The position numbers and the translations under genes were made by a program. Of a DNA stretch of 64,000 bases, positions 28,585-36,103 are shown piece after piece. The notes under the pieces were generated by a model. It searched no databases, was not told where the DNA came from, and saw only the letters and a program-made list of their open reading frames with translations. The stretch covers positions 224,001 to 288,000 of the forward strand of contig JBGPIA010000003.1 of NCBI GenBank assembly GCA_041484665.1, given 5' to 3'. The DNA is from Candidatus Krumholzibacteriia bacterium (lineage in GTDB: Bacteria; Krumholzibacteriota; Krumholzibacteriia; JAJRXK01). Position 1 is the first letter of the stretch, and each line of letters starts with the position of its first letter.

Positions 28585-28935
28585 CGCACAAATGAGAGAG
28601 GGTGCGCAGTACCGGGAACCGCCCCAGTCGTGCCGCTCCTGGATCTCGCCATTCCAAGAGGGCGAAAGCGGCTCCTATGTTGGTGTCAGCGCACCCTTCT
28701 CGCCTGATGCGGAGGATTTCGAAGGATGGTCAGGAACGGATGCCTTCCTTCACTCCACCGCGCTCAACCCTGTGACCCCACCTCACAAGACAAGCGTGGT
28801 AGACCCAACTTGGAAGGGTCTCCTCATACAGCCGGTTAACCGAGAGGAGCCGCTCCCTTCCATCCTTCGAAACTCTCGAGCCCTCACGGGCTGCTTTGGA
28901 CGACCGGACCACGACTGCCAGTAGTGCCCGGCGCT
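28552..28935 (-). ncRNA. Putative novel ~380-nt structured sigma54-dependent non-coding RNA
   Basis: Lies between a -24/-12 promoter and a terminator; no credible ORF; multiple helices (28717-28729/28860-28872; 28599-28607/28689-28697; 28625-28632/28910-28917; 28820-28825/28844-28849; 28632-28637/28667-28672). Confidence 0.62.
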
Positions 28936-28945
28936 GGATCTCCAG

Positions 28946-28961
28946 TGCAGCCAACGTGCCA
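28946..28961 (-). promoter_or_regulatory. Sigma54 (-24/-12) promoter
   Basis: TGGCACGTTGGCTGCA versus consensus TGGCACG-N4-TTGCW (one mismatch); predicted +1 near 28935. Confidence 0.8.
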
Positions 28962-29062
28962 GGGAGGTCGTCCGCTAGCAGGTTCGTAAGTGCAATATGT
29001 TTCAACAAGTTCTGGAGGCGGACGCCGACCGGCGATCGTCTGCCGACGGGCGCCCCGGAGCG

Positions 29063-29152
29063 CTAGCAAACACCTTGATAGGGCGCTCATCGGGGGAACC
29101 AGGCAGCCCCTTGCTGCGGAAGGGGTTATCGGCCTAGCAAATGATTTGATAG
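29063..29152. promoter_or_regulatory. Pair of near-palindromic enhancer-like sites CTAGCAAA-N4-TTGATAG
   Basis: ctagcaaa-cacc-ttgatag (29063-29081) and ctagcaaa-tgat-ttgatag (29134-29152), 71 bp apart, about 140 and 210 bp upstream of the sigma54 start. Confidence 0.72.
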
Positions 29153-29164
29153 CGGGCGGTCGTG

Positions 29165-32100
29165 CTATGCCGGCGCGTGTAGACCGTAAAGCTTGATCTT
29201 CTGGAGCAGCGTGGGATAGCTGATGCACAGCCTTCGCGAGACCTCAGCGCGGTTCCAGCCGGTGATGGCGAGGGCCTCCGCCAGGACTCTACGTTCCAGT
29301 TCGGCCACCTGAGCGCGCAGCGGCAAGGGCCCGCCGGCTTCGCTGGACGCGCCGTCCTCCGCCTCGCTGCCGAGCGCGTCCTCGCGCAGCCGCGGCGGGA
29401 GGTGCACCATGCGCAGCTGCAGCTCGCCCGCGGCCAGGATCACCGTGCGCCTGATCGCCTTCTCCAGCTCACGCACATTGCCGGGCCACGCGTACGCGCG
29501 CAGGCACTCGGCGAAGCTGCGCGTCATCGTCGGCAGCGGGCGGCCGAGCTCGGCGCAGGTCTGCGCGATGAAGTGCTCGGCCAAGAGCAGCACGTCCTCC
29601 GGACGCTCGCGCAGTGGCGGCACGTGCACTGGGAAATCGAGCATGCGGTAGTACAGGTCCTCCAGGAATTCGTCGCGCTCGACCATCGCGCGGAGGTCCT
29701 GCTTGCTCGCGCACAGGATCCGCACGTCGACGGCCCGCTCGACCGTGCCACCGACCGGCCGCACCAGCTTGGTGTCGAGGAAGTGGAGGAGCTTGGCCTG
29801 CATCGGCAGGCTCATCTTTCCCACCTCGTCGAGGAACAGCGTACCGCGCTCGGTGCCCACGATCAGGCCCGGTTTGTCCCTGTCCGCTCCAGTGAACGCA
29901 CCGCGCACGTAGCCGAAGAGCTCGCTTTCCAGCAGCGTGTCCGGGATCGCTGCGCAGTTGACCGTGAGGAACGTGCGGTCGCGGCGCGCGCTGAGCTCGT
30001 GTACGGCGCGGGCGAACAGGCCCTTGCCGGTGCCCGTCTCGCCGGTGAACAGCACGGTGTACGGCGAGTCGGCCACCTTTGCGCAGAGCTCGAGAACTTC
30101 GAGGATCTTGTCGCTGTGGGTGAGGATGTCCTTGAAGGCCTCTTCGGAGCGGGGAGACGGCGCCGACGCCGCGGGAGCGTCCAGGGCCGTAGCGGTGTCC
30201 AGCAGCGCGGGCCGCAGCAGATTCACGTAGGTCGAGGCCACGGCCAGCGCCTCGGAGCTCAGCGGCTGCGGCTCCCCGGTGCGCTCAAAGTAGACGATCC
30301 CGCGCAGGCCTTCCCCGGCGCGCAGCGGGAAGGCCACGGCCACCGAGACCTCGCCGATGTCCACGCCCAGAGCCTCACGCCACGCGGGCTCTGCCTGCGG
30401 GCGCGTCCAGACGCGCGGCCCGTCACACGCCGCGCAGCTGGGGAGCTGGGACAGCACGTGGGCCGCGGTGCGCCGCGCGCGGGCGCGGGCCATGCGCGAC
30501 GCAGCCACCAGCTGCACGCGTCCTCCGGGTCCGCGCAGTGCCACCAGGCCGCGCTCGCCGCCCATACGCTCCATGACCGCCGAGAGCATGGCCGAGGCGC
30601 TCTGGGCCAGCCCTTCGCCTCCCTGCAGCAGCGGATCGCCCAGGTTGGCCAGCTCCTGGTAACGGGTAGTGGCGACGCGTGCATGGGAGGACATGGCCGC
30701 CTCGATGCGAGCGCGCAGCTCCTCGATGTCACCGGTGACGCCCTCGACGCCCAGGCAGCTCATGCGCTCCACCTCGAACAACGCGAGCAGCGCCTCGTCG
30801 TGGTTTCCCAGCTCGAGCTCCACGCGAGCCAGCGCGAGCTGCAACCGGCACGGCGCAGTGTCGGCGTCGGCGGCCGCCAGATCGACCGCTTCGCGCAACA
30901 ACCCGCGCGCCGCGAGCAGCTGCGTCCGCCCGCCGTGCTGCACGTGGAGATCCGCCAGCAACTCCAGCGTCACGCCGATCTCGACCGGCAGCCGGTAGGC
31001 GCGGAAGCGGTTGAGGGCCTCTTGCAGAGCGGAGCCCGCCTCCTCCACGCGCCCGCAGGCCAGCAGCGCCTGGCCGCGCACACGCTCGAGAAACCCCAGC
31101 TCGTACTGCTCGCCGCAACCGCGGCCCACCGCGGTTCCTGCGGCGGCCAACTGGGTGGCGGCCAGGGCATCGCCGCGCTGCAGGGCCAGTTGCGCCTGGC
31201 GCCGCAACACCTCGGCCAGCACGTCGTTTCCGCCGGAGATCTCGCGCGCGCGGGTCTCGGCGATGCCATAGTTGAGCTCCGCCTCGTCGAAGCGGCCCCG
31301 GGCCGCCATCAGATCGCCGAGGAACTCATCGGCCAGGGCGGTCTCGCGCAGCGAGCCATTACGCTCGGCGAGAACGCGCGCTTCGAGCAGATTGCGCTCC
31401 GCGTCGGCGAACTTGCCTTCCTCGATCTGGAGCTGCGCGTGGAGCAGGCGCAGCTTGGTGATCAGCCCCTGGTCGCCCAGGCTGCGCGCCATCTCACTGC
31501 CGCGCAGCACGCAAGCCAGCGCGTCGGCGCGCCGGCCCATCTTGCGGTAGAGCACCGCCTTGTTGAGGTGCAACGCGCCCAGCTCGTGCGCGGAGCCTAC
31601 CGCGCGCATCAGCTCCTCGGCCCGGTCGAAGAGCTGGATCGCGCGCGACCAGCGGCAGGCGTTCTTGGCCAGCAGCGCGAGGTTGCTCAACACCTGGGCC
31701 TGGCCGGTCACGTGCTCGATGCGCCGGTAGGTGGCCAGCGCGTCCTGGTAGAACTCCTCCGCCTTCTCGGCCCGGCCCAGGCGGAACCAGCAGCCCCCGA
31801 GAATGGTCTGGGCGTTGCCCACCTCGACGTGCGCATCGGTCGTCGCGAGTGTGGCGAACGCGTCGCGCGCAAGCTCGGCGGCTTCCTCGTAACGCGCCAT
31901 GCGGTAGAGCAGCAGGGCGCGACGCACCTGGACGGGGGCCTGCAGCTGTGGCGTGGAGCCGGCCAGCAGGTCCGCCGCAGCGTCGAGCTGCGCCGCGCAT
32001 TCCTCGAGGCGGCCCTGCTGCAGCAGGCAGTCAGCGAGCTTGCGGTGGAGCACGGCAAGGGGCTCCACGCTGATGCCAGCCGGTCCGGATTCCGGCACGA

Positions 32101-32269
32101 GGCCGCGCAGCGCAGCGCGGTAGTACTCGATCGCAGAGGAGTAAGCGGCAGCGCGATAGTGGAGGTCCCCGACCTCTTCCAGTCGGGGCGCACCGGAACC
32201 CTCGGGCTTACGCCTCGGCGTCTCCGGAGAGGACCACGGCCTCTCGTCTCCGTCACGGAACTCGTCCAT
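29165..32269 (-). CDS. Sigma54 enhancer-binding protein with N-terminal TPR array, GAF-like domain, AAA+ domain and Fis-type HTH
   Basis: About 550 aa of TPR-like helical repeats; GAF-like 'AFPLRAGEGLRGIVYFE'; 'GETGTGKG', 'ESELFGYVRGAFTGA', 'LFLDEVG', 'WPGNVRELE'; 'WNRAEVSRRLCISYPTL'. No receiver domain. Start taken at ATG 32269. Confidence 0.93.
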   Translation of the reverse strand: MDEFRDGDERPWSSPETPRRKPEGSGAPRLEEVGDLHYRAAAYSSAIEYYRAALRGLVPESGPAGISVEPLAVLHRKLADCLLQQGRLEECAAQLDAAADLLAGSTPQLQAPVQVRRALLLYRMARYEEAAELARDAFATLATTDAHVEVGNAQTILGGCWFRLGRAEKAEEFYQDALATYRRIEHVTGQAQVLSNLALLAKNACRWSRAIQLFDRAEELMRAVGSAHELGALHLNKAVLYRKMGRRADALACVLRGSEMARSLGDQGLITKLRLLHAQLQIEEGKFADAERNLLEARVLAERNGSLRETALADEFLGDLMAARGRFDEAELNYGIAETRAREISGGNDVLAEVLRRQAQLALQRGDALAATQLAAAGTAVGRGCGEQYELGFLERVRGQALLACGRVEEAGSALQEALNRFRAYRLPVEIGVTLELLADLHVQHGGRTQLLAARGLLREAVDLAAADADTAPCRLQLALARVELELGNHDEALLALFEVERMSCLGVEGVTGDIEELRARIEAAMSSHARVATTRYQELANLGDPLLQGGEGLAQSASAMLSAVMERMGGERGLVALRGPGGRVQLVAASRMARARARRTAAHVLSQLPSCAACDGPRVWTRPQAEPAWREALGVDIGEVSVAVAFPLRAGEGLRGIVYFERTGEPQPLSSEALAVASTYVNLLRPALLDTATALDAPAASAPSPRSEEAFKDILTHSDKILEVLELCAKVADSPYTVLFTGETGTGKGLFARAVHELSARRDRTFLTVNCAAIPDTLLESELFGYVRGAFTGADRDKPGLIVGTERGTLFLDEVGKMSLPMQAKLLHFLDTKLVRPVGGTVERAVDVRILCASKQDLRAMVERDEFLEDLYYRMLDFPVHVPPLRERPEDVLLLAEHFIAQTCAELGRPLPTMTRSFAECLRAYAWPGNVRELEKAIRRTVILAAGELQLRMVHLPPRLREDALGSEAEDGASSEAGGPLPLRAQVAELERRVLAEALAITGWNRAEVSRRLCISYPTLLQKIKLYGLHAPA

Positions 32270-32382
32270 CAGGCATCCCTTGGGCGAGAAGTTCTGACAA
32301 GGTTGCCGACATCGACCGGCTCGATCGTGCGCTGTGGCCGCGCAGCCCCCCACGACTGCGGGGAGCGCGAGGCCCCTTCCTC

Positions 32383-32727
32383 CTATCGGACGAGCAGCAA
32401 GGTGAAGCCGCGCTCGTACAGGAATCCCATCAGGCGGATGATCCGCGAGGGCGGCGGAAGCATCGCCGCGGTGGCGCGCACCGTCGGGCCCCTCACGTTG
32501 TTGCCACCCAGGATGTCATCGGGATCGCCATCCAGGCTCGAGCCGGGCCCAGGCCCGCCGGGATCCCCACCGGCCGGAGGCGTCCAGGAAGACAGGGTCG
32601 CGGTAGCGCCCGAGCCGGTACTGGGCGGGCGCACGCCCACCGACTTGGCCAGCGCAGCAGGCTGAGCCCACAGGCTCACGACGACCGCGAACGCCACGGC
32701 AAGGAGCAACGCGTGGCTGGTCTTCAT
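32383..32727 (-). CDS. Small secreted peptide/proprotein (114 aa) with GDPDD core
   Basis: RBS gaggag; Sec signal MKTSHALLLAVAFAVVVSLWAQPAALA; G/P/D-rich middle 'GGDPGGPGPGSSLDGDPDDILGG'; amphipathic basic C-terminus. Confidence 0.75.
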   Translation of the reverse strand: MKTSHALLLAVAFAVVVSLWAQPAALAKSVGVRPPSTGSGATATLSSWTPPAGGDPGGPGPGSSLDGDPDDILGGNNVRGPTVRATAAMLPPPSRIIRLMGFLYERGFTLLLVR

Positions 32728-32846
32728 CGTGATCCATCTCCTCAATCTCGGGTGGTTCCGGACCCGCGCGGGGACGCGCCCCGGATCCGTGGACCCGGAA
32801 CCGCTGGGTAGACCGTCCCCCGGGTGGGACGGTGGCTACGCCTAAA

Positions 32847-32876
32847 ACGATACGAACCCCACCCCTCCGCTGTCAA
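32847..32876 (-). promoter_or_regulatory. Sigma70 promoter of the peptide-bEBP pair
   Basis: TTGACA-N18-TATCGT. Confidence 0.6.
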
Positions 32877-32955
32877 ACCCCAGCAATCGGCCGGATGTCT
32901 CGTGCGGCCGGCCCGGCGCGGCCCGCCAGGGCGGGGTCCGCCCCGGGCGGGGCGT

Positions 32956-34332
32956 CTAGCCCCCTTCGGAGGAGGTCCGCAACCCGTACTTCTGGATCTT
33001 CTTGTAGAGATTGCTGCGCTGCATCTGGATCTCGTCGGCCGTCCGGCTCACGTTGTAACCGAACTCGCGCAGCTTCTGCTGTAGGTAGGCGGCCTCGCTG
33101 GCCGCCTTGAATTCCTGGAAGGTCGGAGCAGCCAGGAACTCGGCCGCTCCGCGGTCGGCCTCGCGCCCTCCCAGCGCTGCTGGGAGATCGGACGCCGCGA
33201 TGGTGTCCGCAGCCACCACGATCGCCAGCCGCTCCGCCAGGTTGCGCAGCTCCCGGACGTTGCCCGGCCACGCGTAGCGGGCCAGGCGCTCGATCACGCC
33301 CGGGCCGATCTGCTTGGGCGGCTGCTTCATCTCGCGGGCAACCGCGTCGAGGAAGTGGGCGAACAGCGGCTCGATGTCGTCGACGCGCTCGCGCAGCGGC
33401 GGCAGGTGGATCTGGATCACGTTGAGGCGGAAGTAGAGGTCCTGGCGAAAGGCAAGGTTGGCGTCCTGCAGATCGCGATTGGTGGCGGCGATTACCCGCA
33501 CGTCCACGCTGACCTGGTCCTGCCCACCGACCCGCTCGAAGCGGCCGTCCTCCAGCGCCCGGAGCACCTTGGCCTGGGCCGCCACGCTCATGTCCCCGAC
33601 CTCGTCCAGGAAGAGGGTGCCACCATGGGCCCGCTCGAACTTGCCGCGGCGGCGCGCCAGCGCTCCCGTGAACGCGCCGCGCTCGTGGCCGAACAGCTCG
33701 CTCTCGATCAGCTCGTCGGGAATCGCCGCGCAGTTCACCTCCACGAAGGGCTGGTCGGCGCGCCGGCTGTGGGCGTGGATCGCCCGCGCCACCACCTCCT
33801 TGCCCGTGCCGTTCTCGCCGGTGATCAGCACCCGCGCCGGGGTGGGCGCCACCTTCTCCGCCAGCTCCCGGATGCGCCCGATGGCCGCGCTGCGGCCGAT
33901 CAGCTCGCCGCGCCGGCCGGTCTCCTCCGCCAGCTCGCGGTTGACGGTGCGCAAGCGTCCGTGCTCCACGGCGTTCTGGAGACGGACGAGCAGCTCCTCC
34001 TTCTTGAACGGCTTCTCGAGGAAGTCGTAGGCACCGCGCTTGATCGCCTCGACGGCGTTGGCCACGGCGTCGTGGCCGGAGATGACCACGGTGGGCACTT
34101 CGAGGCCCTCGGCCTTCAGGCCGGCCATGACCTCGAACCCGTCCATGCCGGGCATCTTGACGTCCAGCAGCAACGCGTCGATGCCGCCGCGCCGCAGCTG
34201 TTCGAGGGCGCTGGGCCCGTCCACCGCGTCGGCGACCTCGTAGCCCTCGTAACGCAGGATCGCGCCGACGCTCTGGCGGATCGCCGCCTCGTCGTCGGCG
34301 ATGAGCACGCGTGCCCGGGCCACGGCCGTCAC
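32956..34332 (-). CDS. NtrC/NtrX-family sigma54 response regulator (REC-AAA-HTH)
   Basis: 'LIADDE', 'LLDVKMPGMDG', 'DFLEKP', 'GENGTGKE', 'ESELFGHERGAFTGA'. Confidence 0.95.
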   Translation of the reverse strand: MTAVARARVLIADDEAAIRQSVGAILRYEGYEVADAVDGPSALEQLRRGGIDALLLDVKMPGMDGFEVMAGLKAEGLEVPTVVISGHDAVANAVEAIKRGAYDFLEKPFKKEELLVRLQNAVEHGRLRTVNRELAEETGRRGELIGRSAAIGRIRELAEKVAPTPARVLITGENGTGKEVVARAIHAHSRRADQPFVEVNCAAIPDELIESELFGHERGAFTGALARRRGKFERAHGGTLFLDEVGDMSVAAQAKVLRALEDGRFERVGGQDQVSVDVRVIAATNRDLQDANLAFRQDLYFRLNVIQIHLPPLRERVDDIEPLFAHFLDAVAREMKQPPKQIGPGVIERLARYAWPGNVRELRNLAERLAIVVAADTIAASDLPAALGGREADRGAAEFLAAPTFQEFKAASEAAYLQQKLREFGYNVSRTADEIQMQRSNLYKKIQKYGLRTSSEGG

Positions 34333-34357
34333 GAGCCGCCCGCTCCGCCGCGCGGTG

Positions 34358-34858
34358 TCACAGCAGAAAGTCCTCCATGCTCGCCGGCGAAGGCATTGGC
34401 TGCGCCGGCGACAGCTGGGACGGCGTCATGGGCGGCGCCTTGGGCGGGCCGGGCGCCTCCCCCGCGCGCTGCGGCGGAAGGCCCAGCGGCGGAAGGCCCA
34501 GTGAGTGACGCAGCACGAAGACGAGCTCGGCCGCCGGTCCGCCCGCTGCAGGAGCGGCCCAGCGGTAGAAACGGTGGCGGCCCCTGGCCTCGACGCTGAC
34601 CAGACCGGCATCGCGCAGGACGGCGAGGTGGTGCGACGCGCGGGGCTGGCCCAGTCGCAGCCGGGCGCAGATCTCGTGGACCGCCATCGGCTCGCGCAAT
34701 AACGACAGGATGCGCAAGCGTACGGGATCGGCGGCCGCGGACAGCTGCTCCAACAGCCGGCGCTCGTCGGGCGAGAGCGGCGCAGCTATACTTGGGTCCG
34801 CCTGGAGCTGACCCGACTCGGCCTGCGCGAGCGCCAGAGGTTCCGTTTGCGTCTGCAT
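34358..34858 (-). CDS. ArsR/SmtB family transcriptional regulator
   Basis: 'AADPVRLRILSLL', 'LGQPRASHHLAVLRDAGLV', 'RGRHRFY'. Start taken at ATG 34858. Confidence 0.85.
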   Translation of the reverse strand: MQTQTEPLALAQAESGQLQADPSIAAPLSPDERRLLEQLSAAADPVRLRILSLLREPMAVHEICARLRLGQPRASHHLAVLRDAGLVSVEARGRHRFYRWAAPAAGGPAAELVFVLRHSLGLPPLGLPPQRAGEAPGPPKAPPMTPSQLSPAQPMPSPASMEDFLL

Positions 34859-35010
34859 GACCTGCCGATGCACTCTGATGCTCACTGGGGTTCGCGGCGC
34901 CACATGCGCAAGACCGAGCGCAGGCAGCGCGCCCCACGTTCGCGCAGCGCGCCTTTGCATGTCAAGCGCCGCCGGATCCGGCGCCGGCCCGGCCGGCCCC
35001 CACGACAACG

Positions 35011-36069
35011 ATGTCCGTACGCACCCTGCACGATCATTCACCCGCCGAGCTGGAGCAGCTCGTGCGCGGCCTCGGCGAGCCATCCTATCGCGGGCGGCAG
35101 CTGGCGCGCGGGTTGTTCGCTCGCGCGGTCGCCGACCTGGCCGAGCTCACCGACCTGCCCGTGGCTCTGCGATCGGAGCTGGCCAGCCGCCACGGGCTCA
35201 CCATCCTGCGCGCAGCGGAGCGCCAGCATGCCGCCGACGGCTCGGTGAAGTATCTGTTCGAGCTGCACGACGGCGCCCGGATCGAGGCGGTGGCGATCGC
35301 GCGCGATGCAGGCGAGCAGACCCTGTGCCTCTCCAGCCAGGTCGGCTGCCGCATGGCCTGCGTGTTCTGCGCCACGGCGCGCATGGGCCTGCTGCGCAAT
35401 CTGGCCGCCGGGGAAATCGTGGCCCAGGTGCTCGAGCTGCGGCGCCGCCACCCCACCGACCGGCATCCCAACCTGGTGTTCATGGGCATGGGTGAGCCCT
35501 TGGACAACTTCGATGAGCTGGCCCGCGCGCTGGCCATCCTCACCGATCCCGGCGCCGTCGGGCTGGGGGCGCGCCACATCACCGTGAGCACGTCGGGTGT
35601 GGTCGCTGGAATCCGCCGGCTGCAGGAGCTGGGTAAGCCCTACGGGCTGGCGATCTCGGTGACGACCGCGCACCCGGGCGAGCGTCGCAACCTGATGCCC
35701 GTGGCCGGCGCGGTCTCGCTGGAAGAGCTGCTGGCCGCCGGCGCGGCCTACGGCCGGGCGACGCGGCGCAAGGTCACGTTGGAATGCGCCCTCATCGCTG
35801 GGGTCAATGACCGTGAGGAGGACGCGCGGAGGCTGCTGCGTCTGGCCAGCAGCGGCCCATTCAAGGTCAACCTCATCCCGCTCAATCCCATCGAGGGCTA
35901 CGCGGGCGGTCGCCCACAGCCGGCCGCCGTCGACCGCTTCGTGCGGCTCTTCTGGGACGCCGGAATCGTCGCAACGGTGCGCGAAAGCGCCGGGCGCGAG
36001 GTGGGTGCGGCCTGCGGCCAACTGGTGCAACGGCGCACGCGCCGGGGCGCTCCGCCCGCCACCACCTGA
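35011..36069 (+). CDS. rlmN: 23S rRNA/tRNA m2A methyltransferase RlmN (radical SAM)
   Basis: 'CLSSQVGCRMACVFC', 'FMGMGEPL', 'ITVSTSG', 'AACGQL'. Confidence 0.95.
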   Translation: MSVRTLHDHSPAELEQLVRGLGEPSYRGRQLARGLFARAVADLAELTDLPVALRSELASRHGLTILRAAERQHAADGSVKYLFELHDGARIEAVAIARDAGEQTLCLSSQVGCRMACVFCATARMGLLRNLAAGEIVAQVLELRRRHPTDRHPNLVFMGMGEPLDNFDELARALAILTDPGAVGLGARHITVSTSGVVAGIRRLQELGKPYGLAISVTTAHPGERRNLMPVAGAVSLEELLAAGAAYGRATRRKVTLECALIAGVNDREEDARRLLRLASSGPFKVNLIPLNPIEGYAGGRPQPAAVDRFVRLFWDAGIVATVRESAGREVGAACGQLVQRRTRRGAPPATT

Positions 36070-36103
36070 CCCGCTCACCCGCGCGGGTGCGCTTGCGGCG
36101 GCT

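Noticed and set aside
28552..28935. Identification of the structured region as RNase P RNA, tmRNA, SRP RNA, 6S RNA or a retron msr-msd
   Set aside because: No GAGGAAAGUCC, no tRNA-like ends with CCA, and no SRP loop motif was seen; no reverse transcriptase is in the window. The 28717-28872 rod is 6S-like in size, but the promoter-to-terminator span is about twice as long, so 6S was not called. An Rfam search is needed.
28730..29008. 92-aa minus-strand ORF, a 26-codon mini-ORF (MEGSGSSRL..., from 28863) and the 194-aa plus ORF 28340..28924 across the putative RNA
   Set aside because: No properly spaced RBS and no recognisable motifs. The 92-aa ORF starts upstream of and runs through the sigma54 promoter. 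A small peptide cannot be fully excluded without ribosome profiling.
32350..32359. 10-mer ccacgactgc shared between the bEBP leader and the putative RNA 5' end (28909-28918), suggesting RNA feedback pairing
   Set aside because: A single GC-rich 10-mer match is plausible by chance in 64 kb.
34960..34965. TTGACA on the minus strand upstream of the ArsR gene
   Set aside because: No acceptable -10 hexamer at 16-18 nt spacing.
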